IMG/VR virus record: IMGVR_UViG_3300029267_004179
Span: 1-64,000 of that record
Strand: one strand, 5' to 3'
DNA: 64,000 nucleotides
Source of the DNA: a virus
Numbering within the stretch: position 1 is the stretch's first letter; each line of letters opens with the position of its first letter. Made by a program: the position numbers and the translations under genes. Shown piece by piece: positions 10,628-19,302 of this stretch. The notes beneath the pieces are model-generated. The model was not told the origin of the DNA, did no database searches, and worked only from the letters and a program-made list of their open reading frames with translations.

Positions 10628-10827
10628 AGTTATTTTAAAGGAGGTACTATACCATATTCATGTGATCCGGCAGTCATGGACCTTTTTAAAAGACAGACCT
10701 TTGAAAGGTTATTGAGATTTGTCAAACCGTCATACATGGAAATATTGTTTGGTGGGACAAGATTTGAAGGCAAAATTATTCAATTTGAAAGATATCAAGA
10801 TATTGAATACAAAGAATATCGTAATAT

Positions 10828-11406
10828 GTGGGAGTAGTTTTGCTTAAATCGATTCACCATTATCCATTTGCTTATCCGTGTAGGGTTAAGGGATGTGCCA
10901 AAAAACGGTGTAATGGTAGGTGTTCTTTGCCTTCACACATAGAAAAGAATGGCAAATGTATATCTTTTACTTATGATAGGAGAAATGAATTGAAAACAAA
11001 TGTAGTGCATTTTCTTTTATATCAGAATCCTGAAGACTATGCTTGTGGTTCTTACGGAACCTTTCTTTCTGCTACAACAAATGAAAAACTTGTTACCTGT
11101 AAAACCTGCCTTGCTTTCCTAAAAAGAAGAGCAACCGGGAAAAAAAGGTATGTAGAAAGAATAAGGTCATCAAAAACAAAGATGGATTATTTCACTACTT
11201 CTAATATAATTGGAACAGAAGAAGTGAAATCAATGAGGGAGAACGGGTTTACTTTTCGGGAAATAGGGGATATACTTGGAGTGTCAAAACAAAGAGCATA
11301 TCAAATATTTTCAACTGATAAAAGTGTGCCAAAAAGGAACGCTGAAATATTTAAGGCGATATGGTGGAACGGGAAGAAGAAAATGATGCGTGTTAGAAAG
11401 GGGTAG
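10828..11406 (+). CDS. Cys-rich protein with C-terminal sigma70 region-4-like HTH
   Basis: GFTFREIGDILGVSKQRAYQI. Confidence 0.7.
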   Translation: MGVVLLKSIHHYPFAYPCRVKGCAKKRCNGRCSLPSHIEKNGKCISFTYDRRNELKTNVVHFLLYQNPEDYACGSYGTFLSATTNEKLVTCKTCLAFLKRRATGKKRYVERIRSSKTKMDYFTTSNIIGTEEVKSMRENGFTFREIGDILGVSKQRAYQIFSTDKSVPKRNAEIFKAIWWNGKKKMMRVRKG

Positions 11407-11469
11407 ATAAGGAAGTCTTTAATACCACCTAAACTTTTTAAATAATCGGGAAGAAAGAAGAGTTGCGAA

Positions 11470-13788
11470 TTGACACCTGACGATCTATTAAACTTGACTA
11501 ATACAGCACGGCTTCTTGAATGGCAATATGAACTTGATACCTATAATGATAAAGAACTACGCAAGATTCAAAGGGCAGTAAATAAAGCCCGGAATCAGGT
11601 TGTCAGCTATGTTCAAGAGCGTGGAGATAAGATAAAGGAATGGAGTGAAAGACGGTCTGAACAGATAATTGATGAGATGGATCGTTTAACTACCGGTCTT
11701 CAAACACAACTTGGTGAAAGCATATCCAAAATGGCGACAGCTACTGCTGTTGCATCTATCCCTGCCTATAATGATATCCTATCTTTTGGTGGAAAAGTGG
11801 TTGGCTTTAATAATGTAGCTTTATCTGCCGCACAACTCAAATCAATAGTGGAAAAAACTCCTGTAGGTGGCAGACTTCTTCGTAATTCATTGAAGGATGG
11901 CACTCAAGGGTGGATGCAAAGAACATTTACTGCGAAGATGCAGGGGGAACTTCGTGAGGATTTACTCGCTGGTCGCTTGAGAGGTTTTGGACCAAGGGAA
12001 CTTGCAAAGGCGATCAGGGAGAAGTTTGATAATCTTTCTAAAAAAGAAATTATTACTCTTGCAAGAAGTTATAACCATGCCGCATCTACTAAAGCAATGG
12101 ACCTTGTTTATCAGCAGAATCAAGATGTTGTAAAAAGAGTAAAATGGACTGCTACTCTTGAAACAGGATATAAGAAAAAGGGCCGGGGAACTTGTATAAG
12201 ATGTGCTGTCCTTGATGGAAGGACATTTGAGCTTAACGACCACCCTCCTTGCCCGTTACATCCAAGGTGTAGATGCGTTTTGACTCCTGTTACCAAATCA
12301 TACAAAGAGCTTGGTCTTGATGTAGAGGAAGTAAAAGAAGGGTCAAGACCGTATACGAAGAGGACAAGGTATGAAAACATTGATGTGGGTAGGAGAAAAA
12401 AGATATTATCTATAGGCCAACATGAAGGCAATTATGGGTCTTGGTTTTATAAGCAAGGGCCAAAATTCCAAAAGGATATGGTAGGTCCGAATAGAGCAAA
12501 ACTCATCCGAACCGGAGAAATAGATTTTGATGATTTAATCCGAATAGACCCAAGAACCAATGAAGTAGTTGTATTGCGTCTTGATGAGTTGACTGGAGAT
12601 AAAGATTGGAGAAAAAGAATTGATTTGACTTCTGGATTAAGGGCTGAAGCAATAGCAGCAGAAAAAAGACAGGGAAGACTGTCAGCTAAAGCAAGGGCAA
12701 AGCTGACTAAAAAGCAAGAAGCTGATTACAAGACCAATATGATCATGAACAAGGAGAAGTGGACCATTGTCGATCTTACAGAAGCTGAAATTGCTGATAA
12801 AATAGGTGCAGATTGGATCAAAGGCACTCGACCATTTGATTTGTTTCTTGACAATGAATTTATTGAAGTTAAGACGGTTATCAGGCATAATCCAAAATTA
12901 GGACTCAATCATAAATTGCAAGTAGAGCCTGATGCAAGAATAAGAAAAGAAAAGTTTGCTAAAAAATATGGGGTACGACCGCATATTGTATCGATAGTTA
13001 AAGATCCTGATTCACCTTTATACGGGAAGATATTTTATCGAAGTGAAATAGGTGCGTGGCGTCTTAAAAACATGGAAGAAATTGCGGATTATGACGCCTT
13101 AAAAGCAAGGATATTGAAAGGTAGACGCAAAAAAGCACCCAAAGAAGCAATTAAGAAAATGCCGTCTGTTGAAACTTTAAAACAAGCAGAAGATTGGGGC
13201 AGAAAGAATCTTGCAGATGTAGTTGATTATGATGAACTGTCTCCGGAAGTTGCTCATATGTTCAATGAATATGCTGCTGGTGCAATTAAAAAAATGAATG
13301 TGAAGATCAAGCAGATTGTCTTCGATGAGGATTTATTTGATGACTTGACTCTTGGGTTATCAAAGGAAAATGGCACGCTAATATTCAATCCAAAGTCTAT
13401 TAGGACTAAAGAAAAACTTGAAGATTTAATGGAGTCTCAGTTTAAAGCTAATCAATTTACCACTTCTTCTCCCGGCCATGTTTGGCGACATGAGATTGCC
13501 CACCAAAGATATTTTCAGTTGGGTGGCACAGAGGAGATGGCAAATGCTGCTATCCCTAAAAAAGTTTTTGAGCAAATGAAAGAAGATATTAGTAAATGGA
13601 AGGGATGGTACAAAAAATACATTTCCAACTATGCTACTATGAGTGAAGGTGAATTTTATGCTGAAATTTTAGCATGGGAAATGGATGGCAGGTTTATTCA
13701 TCCTGTAATAAAAAAGTATATGGTTTCTATCGAAAGGAAGTTAAAAAAAAATCTCATAAAGAGGGTAGCTGCCGAAAACACAAAATGA
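11470..13788 (+). CDS. MuF/SPP1 gp7 minor head protein with C-terminal PD-(D/E)xK nuclease-like and HExxH metallopeptidase-like domains
   Basis: MuF motif RGTCIRCAVLDG...PPCPLHPRCRC; PFDLFLDNEFIEVKT; HEIAH...ISNYA...EFYAE. Confidence 0.85.
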   Translation: MTPDDLLNLTNTARLLEWQYELDTYNDKELRKIQRAVNKARNQVVSYVQERGDKIKEWSERRSEQIIDEMDRLTTGLQTQLGESISKMATATAVASIPAYNDILSFGGKVVGFNNVALSAAQLKSIVEKTPVGGRLLRNSLKDGTQGWMQRTFTAKMQGELREDLLAGRLRGFGPRELAKAIREKFDNLSKKEIITLARSYNHAASTKAMDLVYQQNQDVVKRVKWTATLETGYKKKGRGTCIRCAVLDGRTFELNDHPPCPLHPRCRCVLTPVTKSYKELGLDVEEVKEGSRPYTKRTRYENIDVGRRKKILSIGQHEGNYGSWFYKQGPKFQKDMVGPNRAKLIRTGEIDFDDLIRIDPRTNEVVVLRLDELTGDKDWRKRIDLTSGLRAEAIAAEKRQGRLSAKARAKLTKKQEADYKTNMIMNKEKWTIVDLTEAEIADKIGADWIKGTRPFDLFLDNEFIEVKTVIRHNPKLGLNHKLQVEPDARIRKEKFAKKYGVRPHIVSIVKDPDSPLYGKIFYRSEIGAWRLKNMEEIADYDALKARILKGRRKKAPKEAIKKMPSVETLKQAEDWGRKNLADVVDYDELSPEVAHMFNEYAAGAIKKMNVKIKQIVFDEDLFDDLTLGLSKENGTLIFNPKSIRTKEKLEDLMESQFKANQFTTSSPGHVWRHEIAHQRYFQLGGTEEMANAAIPKKVFEQMKEDISKWKGWYKKYISNYATMSEGEFYAEILAWEMDGRFIHPVIKKYMVSIERKLKKNLIKRVAAENTK

Positions 13789-13844
13789 TTGATGGCTAAA
13801 ATTGAAGGTCAGACAGGAAGTTTTGTTTATGAGAGGGAAAAGAA

Positions 13845-14018
13845 ATGACAACTAAAATTCTAAAGTGCGCTACATGTCTTTTTAAACCTACTCCACAATG
13901 GATTGACTTGAAAGCTGGTATGGGAAAACTGTCTTGTCCCCGATATAAAAGCGGTAAGGTTCCTGAATATGTAAGGAAATCAGAAAAATCTTGTGCAAGA
14001 TATAGGGAGAAGAAATGA
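13845..14018 (+). CDS. 57-aa Cys-rich protein (below ORF-track cutoff), candidate partner/immunity protein
   Basis: MTTKILKCATC...SCPRY...KVP...SCARY; ATGA overlap with next ORF. Confidence 0.6.
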   Translation: MTTKILKCATCLFKPTPQWIDLKAGMGKLSCPRYKSGKVPEYVRKSEKSCARYREKK

Positions 14019-14293
14019 TTAATATTTATGAGGGCAACAAGTGGAAAGGTGAAGTTAAAGTAAGTACTCTTAGGTTCATTTATGGTGTTGCTTCTGAGAT
14101 GGGCGATGCAGGCGCCTCTGGCATGAGGGGCATAATTGACTTTTTAAATCTTGGCTATACCGTTGATCCACAGTTAGTTGCAGAAATTATCATGTCTATC
14201 AAATTCCCAGAAGTAGATGGCATTGACAAGAGTATTTCTGATTTTTCAAATTTACTTAGTAAGTCCAAAAGACCAGTAACCCTTGCTGTATAA
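14015..14293 (+). CDS. Hypothetical protein, candidate immunity protein
   Basis: Coupled ORF directly downstream of the toxin-like MuF. Confidence 0.6.
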   Translation: MINIYEGNKWKGEVKVSTLRFIYGVASEMGDAGASGMRGIIDFLNLGYTVDPQLVAEIIMSIKFPEVDGIDKSISDFSNLLSKSKRPVTLAV

Positions 14294-14301
14294 AATATTA
14301 C

Positions 14302-14330
14302 TTTACTTTTATAATATTTGATTTTATAAT
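14302..14330 (+). promoter_or_regulatory. Sigma70-like promoter
   Basis: TTTACT-N17-TATAAT. Confidence 0.6.
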
Positions 14331-14339
14331 AGCACCATT

Positions 14340-14495
14340 ATGAAATTGATTTTACAGAAACTTGAAGCTTTGCTTAATATTTTGAAGAGGGACAACTTTT
14401 CAGGGAAAGCAGTTTTTAGGTTTGAACTGATAATTAATAGTGGAGGTTTGAGAGATGTAAAAGTTTTTCAAATAAATGAAAAACAGATTAGTTGA
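14340..14495 (+). CDS. 51-aa DUF2292/YezD-like small protein, near-leaderless
   Basis: MKLILQKLEALL...NFSGKAVFRFELIINSGGLRDVKV; ATG 9 nt after the -10 box. Confidence 0.55.
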   Translation: MKLILQKLEALLNILKRDNFSGKAVFRFELIINSGGLRDVKVFQINEKQIS

Positions 14496-14544
14496 CGGAT
14501 TTCTTTTTAATCCCTTGCCTTGAGGGTAGGTAAGGATTTATTTT

Positions 14545-14587
14545 AAAGCCCGTGTTGAGTCGCAAAGCGTCTTGGTGCGGGTTTTTT
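14545..14587 (+). terminator. Terminator/attenuator-like hairpin upstream of the head operon
   Basis: AAAGCCCG...CGGGTTTTTT. Confidence 0.55.
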
Positions 14588-14661
14588 ATTGGTAGTTATT
14601 GGCCGGATGGTCATAAATTTAATGGTAGTTGCGGATGGTGTCCGCAGGAAGGAGTCAAGTC

Positions 14662-15495
14662 ATGCCGTGGAAAGTAGATGAGAATGGACAAATTGAGGTA
14701 AAAGATGGCAATCCAGTATTCATTCATGGTGACAAGAGTGAAGCACCTTTTGATGGAGATGGCACAGTCAAGACGATTGCTGCTTTGAAGATGGAAAGCC
14801 AAACACGAAGGGAGAAGCTTCAAAGCTTTAAGAAAATAATGGAGCCTTTGAAGGATGTTGGTGTTAATATTGACACTGGTGAAGGCCTTGGTGACTATAT
14901 TAAATCTTCTGCTGATGCTGTTGAGACAGTTAAGAACTTTAATGATTCAGACCTTGTAAAGGCAGATGAGGTTGAAAAGATCAAGAAGTCACAAAAAGAT
15001 GCCTATGAAAAGAAGCTTGCTGACCAGGACAAAGCATACAAATCGGTCATTGAGAGAAAGGAAACCAGGATCAATAAACTTGACAAAACCCTGCGGGATA
15101 GACTTATTCGAAGTGAGTTTGAAAACAGTACTTTCATTCGGAAGAAAACAGTGCTGTTGCCTGAGTTTGCTTACAGCAACTTTGCAAAGAACTTTGAATT
15201 TGAGGAAAAAGATGGAATCCTTGTGCCTTTTGCTGTTGATGGTAAAGGGGATAGGATTTATTCTTTGAAGAATCCAGGTCAACTGGCAACCCCAGAAGAA
15301 GCAATTGAGATTTTGATCAATAGCCATCCTAATAAAGAAGGTTTGCTCAGAGGAAGTGATGTTGCTGGCGGTGGAGGGCAACCAAGTTTTGATGCTGGCG
15401 GCAGAACAACTATCCCGAAAGGTGACCCTGTTGCGTTTGGCGCAAATATTGAGGATATTGCTTCAGGCAAGAAAAGAGTAGCTGTAGATCAATAA
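14662..15495 (+). CDS. Capsid scaffold protein (DUF6651-like)
   Basis: MPWKVDENGQIEVKDGNPVFIH..EAPFD N-terminus; IYS..NPG..A.PEEAIEILI; position before capsid; RBS AAGGAG. Confidence 0.8.
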   Translation: MPWKVDENGQIEVKDGNPVFIHGDKSEAPFDGDGTVKTIAALKMESQTRREKLQSFKKIMEPLKDVGVNIDTGEGLGDYIKSSADAVETVKNFNDSDLVKADEVEKIKKSQKDAYEKKLADQDKAYKSVIERKETRINKLDKTLRDRLIRSEFENSTFIRKKTVLLPEFAYSNFAKNFEFEEKDGILVPFAVDGKGDRIYSLKNPGQLATPEEAIEILINSHPNKEGLLRGSDVAGGGGQPSFDAGGRTTIPKGDPVAFGANIEDIASGKKRVAVDQ

Positions 15496-15577
15496 ATTAA
15501 AGGCAGTCCGACTACCTCCATTTGGTTCCGGTAGTTGACAGGATTGCCGAAACCATTAGACAGAAGGAGGTAGAACA

Positions 15578-16714
15578 ATGCCGAACGTATTAACCGCAGT
15601 TATTCCCCAACTTTTGGCCCAAGGACTCCTGGCACTCAGAAGCAATTCTGTTATGCCAAGGCTTGTTAACAACTCTTATGACACGATGGCTGCAATGCAG
15701 GGTGCAACCATCAATGTGCCTATCCCCTCTTCCATCGCAGTTCAGGCGGTGAATCCGGCAAACGTACCGCCTGTGACGCCTGACGTCCAGCCAACCTCTG
15801 TTCCTATTCAGTTGAGCAAATGGTATGAAGCACCTTTTTATCTTACCGATAAAGACCTGAAGGAGTGTATGGATGGAACAATTCCGATGCAGGCAAGCGA
15901 AGCCATAAAGGCTGTAGCGAACCAGGTTGATGGAGACATCATGGCTTTGTACGCTGATGTCTATGGCTTTGCCGGCACTCCTGGTTCTACTCCTTTTGCT
16001 GCTGATGTTTCCGAAGCTACCGAAGCAAGAAAGGTGCTCAACAATCAGCTGGCACCTCTTGATGATCGTCGGATGGTTATTGATCCTGATGCAGAGGCAG
16101 AAGCACTTGGTCTGAGGGCATTTCAGGATATGTCTTTTTCCGGTAGTGCTCAAGGGATTGTCGATGGTGAAATTAACCGGAAGTTGGGATTTGACTGGTT
16201 TATGGATCAGCTTATTCCTTCCCATACAGTAGGTACTGCTGCTGGTGGTGGCTATACCACAGATGCTGCTGGTTATGCTGTTGGTGTGAAAACTGTAACC
16301 ACCATCGCAGGTGCTGGTACTTTTGAAATTGGGGATGTTTTCACAATTGCAGGTGACACTCAGACCTATGTTGTGACGGCTACTTTGGCTGCCCCTGGCG
16401 CCTTGAACTTTGAGCCTGGACTGAAAGTTGCTATTCCTGCTGTCGCAACTGCTATTACCCTGAAGGGTGTAGCAAGCACAGCATATCCGCAGAATTTGGT
16501 CTTTCACAGGGATTGCTTTGCTTTTGCTTCCAGACCTCTTGCTGATAACACCGACGGTCTTGGCAACATCATTCAGGCTGCAGTTGATCCGGTCTCAGGA
16601 GTTGCGCTCCGTCTTGAAGTGAGCCGTGAGCACAAGCAAACCAGATACAGCTATGACATTCTGTATGGCTGTTCTACTGTCCGTGCACCTCTTGGTGTCA
16701 GACTTTGGGGATAA
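15578..16714 (+). CDS. Major capsid protein, P22 coat (gp5)-like
   Basis: 378 aa; GATINVPIP, GDVFTIAG insertion, NLVFHRDCFAFASRPL, YDILYG; RBS AAGGAGG. Confidence 0.92.
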   Translation: MPNVLTAVIPQLLAQGLLALRSNSVMPRLVNNSYDTMAAMQGATINVPIPSSIAVQAVNPANVPPVTPDVQPTSVPIQLSKWYEAPFYLTDKDLKECMDGTIPMQASEAIKAVANQVDGDIMALYADVYGFAGTPGSTPFAADVSEATEARKVLNNQLAPLDDRRMVIDPDAEAEALGLRAFQDMSFSGSAQGIVDGEINRKLGFDWFMDQLIPSHTVGTAAGGGYTTDAAGYAVGVKTVTTIAGAGTFEIGDVFTIAGDTQTYVVTATLAAPGALNFEPGLKVAIPAVATAITLKGVASTAYPQNLVFHRDCFAFASRPLADNTDGLGNIIQAAVDPVSGVALRLEVSREHKQTRYSYDILYGCSTVRAPLGVRLWG

Positions 16715-16728
16715 TATGTTTTAATGGT

Positions 16729-16870
16729 TTGGATGCCGGCTTGCTTTTAACTCCGGTTATCATCAAATGGTTTGCTGGCATCCAATAACAGAGGAGTTTT
16801 CGCTTCACTGCGATGCTCAATATTACTCCTCCTTTTCCCTGACCGGTGGGAACTCAGCCTCCCACCGGTC
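16729..16870 (+). promoter_or_regulatory. Three consecutive hairpins downstream of the capsid gene
   Basis: Stems 16729-40/16774-85, 16791-97/16825-31 and 16841-51/16860-70. Confidence 0.65.
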
Positions 16871-16903
16871 TATTCCCAAACAAACAAAATAAGAGAGGTA
16901 GAC

Positions 16904-17086
16904 ATGTTAGAAACAGTTAGAGTAAAATCAAGCAAGCATCCGAATGGTTTCTATGTAGTGAACAAAGAGGATTTTGATGATGAGACCATGGAACTTTTTG
17001 AATCGAAACCGAAGAAAAAGGCTGCGGAGAAAACTGAGCCTGAAAGAGTTTCAAGGAAAAAAGCAGCCAAAAAGGATAAAAAGTAA
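16904..17086 (+). CDS. Small capsid-adjacent protein with Lys-rich tail
   Basis: MLETVRVK...FYVVNKEDFD; RBS GAGAGG. Confidence 0.75.
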   Translation: MLETVRVKSSKHPNGFYVVNKEDFDDETMELFESKPKKKAAEKTEPERVSRKKAAKKDKK

Positions 17087-17406
17087 TGGCTCAAACACAT
17101 ATTCTGTTAAATAATGTGGCTGCTCTTGGTGCTGGTCCGTGGTTAAAGATTCCACCTTTAAGGCTTGAAAAGGGCAGTATTCCTTTTCAGCTCATTGGGG
17201 CTGCTTTTGTTGGGACAGTTTCTCTTGAAGCTACACTTGATGGCGATCAAGCAGTAGAAGAAGACACTGCAAGAGCAAGTTTGATAAATGGTGGAAGTTT
17301 TACCAATACAGATGTAGCAGATGTTCTTTTTGGTGCTTATCCCCATATTAGGGCAAATGTAACATCTTATACTGGTGGCAATTTGACAGTCCTTGTCCAC
17401 ATATAG
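17086..17406 (+). CDS. Putative virion beta-sandwich (decoration) protein
   Basis: FVGTVSLEAT...HIRANVTSYTGG pattern. Confidence 0.65.
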   Translation: MAQTHILLNNVAALGAGPWLKIPPLRLEKGSIPFQLIGAAFVGTVSLEATLDGDQAVEEDTARASLINGGSFTNTDVADVLFGAYPHIRANVTSYTGGNLTVLVHI

Positions 17407-17415
17407 GAGTATATC

Positions 17416-17823
17416 ATGTCAGCCATGTCTTCTGTGATGGAGGTTGCTGTTATTAACTGGTTGCGTGGGGTAGCAATGCCCGCCGCACCTGCTTCCCTTG
17501 AAGTTGCGCTATATACTACTGATCCTCAAGATGATAATTCCGGTACAGAAGTGGCGGCAGGTCTTGGTTATGTTCGTCAGGCGATTGCCTTGACTGTTCC
17601 TGCTTCTGTTGTTGGTGTTGGTAGTAGTTGCACCAACACTTTAAATATTTTGTTTGGTCCTTGTATTGTTGGCCCATGGGGTAGTGTGACTTATTGGGCT
17701 GTTTTTGAAGTTGGTGGTGGTTTGCTATTCCTGCTTCATGGTTCTTTTGTTGCTGCGAAAGCTATCGCAGTTGGAGACTCTTATTCAATCCCTGCTGGCA
17801 CTTTAAACCTTTTGGCAAGGTGA
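17416..17823 (+). CDS. Putative virion structural/fibre protein
   Basis: VALYTTDP.D...GTEV...GYVRQAI...WGSVT.WAVF pattern. Confidence 0.75.
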   Translation: MSAMSSVMEVAVINWLRGVAMPAAPASLEVALYTTDPQDDNSGTEVAAGLGYVRQAIALTVPASVVGVGSSCTNTLNILFGPCIVGPWGSVTYWAVFEVGGGLLFLLHGSFVAAKAIAVGDSYSIPAGTLNLLAR

Positions 17824-17830
17824 TAAGACA

Positions 17831-18736
17831 GTGGGCTTCTTCCTACCAAAAGACAAACTTCCGAAAGATGCTATCAGGCGTCTCTTTGGGGATACCGACG
17901 CTGTTCAAATCCATGCAAGTATAGATGGTGTCGGTGACTTTGTTGGAGCTGCTAATGCTATTGCAGAAATAGTAGGCAGTGCCACTGGAAGTTTTGTTCA
18001 TGTCGGTCAACCTACTGATCCTGCTATAATTGAAATTGCTGAGACTTCTCCATGGTGGTCAAACATCTTTGATGGTGGTGGTGTTCTACCTGATCCTACC
18101 ATTCTTGAAATATCTGATACAAATGATCTTTGTTGTGGTGGTGGGATAGATGTTTATGATGAAGGAGTCCTTGTTCAGGCAGGAGTTGAGTGCCTTGATT
18201 TTATAGGTGCTGATGTAGCTGCGCAAGTTGGTGCCCCTTGTGTAAATATTTATATTCCTCCTCCATCGTATGTTTCGCATTGGAATACTAATGATGGAGT
18301 GACAAATGCTTTTGTTGGGGATGTAACTACAACTCCAAGATATGTTTCTTTGCCTACCATAGAAGGGATGCCGTTTTATGCTGCCCTTTGGGGTGGGGAC
18401 GGCGCAACCCATCCAACTACAAGAACATCCCCCTTATCTTGGACAACTCCTGAAGACTTCTCTTGCGCTGATTTAGCAACAAATCTTACAGCACAAGTCA
18501 CTGATCCATCCGGAATTATAGCTACTGTTACTGCCACTTTGAATGGAACAGGATTAACTACCAATGGTAACATATCAATTAATGTAACTGCTTTTGGGCC
18601 AGACAGTGACAAGTATCAGGCAAGAGCAACCATTTCTTTTAATGTTGCCGCTCAGCTACCGGCTTCTGGGGTTTTTACAGTGACTATAACTCATGATAAC
18701 CCAACTGATGGTGGACCATACGTATATGCCCAATGA
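17831..18736 (+). CDS. Putative virion structural protein (possible N-terminal half of a split gene)
   Basis: Thr/Gly/beta-rich; IDVYDEG...LDFIG fibre motif. Confidence 0.75.
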   Translation: MGFFLPKDKLPKDAIRRLFGDTDAVQIHASIDGVGDFVGAANAIAEIVGSATGSFVHVGQPTDPAIIEIAETSPWWSNIFDGGGVLPDPTILEISDTNDLCCGGGIDVYDEGVLVQAGVECLDFIGADVAAQVGAPCVNIYIPPPSYVSHWNTNDGVTNAFVGDVTTTPRYVSLPTIEGMPFYAALWGGDGATHPTTRTSPLSWTTPEDFSCADLATNLTAQVTDPSGIIATVTATLNGTGLTTNGNISINVTAFGPDSDKYQARATISFNVAAQLPASGVFTVTITHDNPTDGGPYVYAQ

Positions 18737-18936
18737 TAGGCGAAAGTATGCTTGAAAGAGAACCAGAAGTAGGTGATGTTGTTGAAAACGGACTTGAAGA
18801 AAGATTCAAGGTTATTCGGAAGGATGATCATTTTTTAGGACTTATAAAACAAGGTGAATTCAATCTTGAGTATATTTCAAGTATTATGTGGAGGGATTTA
18901 CAAGGTGATTGGAACAAATCTTTGACGATTATTTAA
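18733..18936 (+). CDS. Small non-structural-type ORF
   Basis: ATGA overlap; charged composition. Confidence 0.55.
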   Translation: MIGESMLEREPEVGDVVENGLEERFKVIRKDDHFLGLIKQGEFNLEYISSIMWRDLQGDWNKSLTII

Positions 18937-18937
18937 G

Positions 18938-19014
18938 TTTTAAGGCCTATAAAATTTTTACCCTATATATAGGTATTAGTTTTTTATTTTATAGGTGTAG
19001 AATCTTAAATGAAA
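18938..19014 (-). repeat. Dispersed element, copy 2 (reverse orientation)
   Basis: Exact 77-bp reverse complement of 36497-36573. Confidence 0.97.
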
Positions 19015-19026
19015 GATGGTGATAAT

Positions 19027-19299
19027 ATGAAAAAGCAAAAGATGTTAAAGGTAAGATGGGAAAATGGGGATATATTTGAGTTCAGAGAAGAAAAAGCAAG
19101 AGGACTTGCTGCTGCCGGGAAGTGTACCTTGCTTGGGGAAAATGAGGACACTGGCAATCCTGATACTATCCCTGTTTGGAAAGAGGTTGAGGATCAGGTA
19201 GAAATGGTCAGAAGCCTTTACGGTACGGATTCTGATGAACCGGAAAAACCAAAGAAAAAGAAAAAAGGAACCTTTGCGAGTCTTTTAGGCGGTGAATAA
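19027..19299 (+). CDS. Small charged hypothetical protein
   Basis: RBS GGTGA upstream of ATG 19027. Confidence 0.65.
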   Translation: MKKQKMLKVRWENGDIFEFREEKARGLAAAGKCTLLGENEDTGNPDTIPVWKEVEDQVEMVRSLYGTDSDEPEKPKKKKKGTFASLLGGE

Positions 19300-19302
19300 C
19301 CA

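Larger units (their letters stand above)
1..11406 (+). other. Accessory/early-type region of ~30 small, tightly packed ORFs, mostly hypothetical and many Cys-rich
   Basis: Co-directional ORFs with GGAGG-type RBS and ATGA/TAATG overlaps. Confidence 0.85.

Noticed and set aside
15590-16507. 305-aa minus-strand ORF
   Set aside because: Antisense shadow of the capsid gene; the same applies to the many short minus-strand ORFs within structural genes.
16772-16903. N-terminal extension of ORF 16772-17086
   Set aside because: It lies in the hairpin region; the RBS supports a start at 16904.
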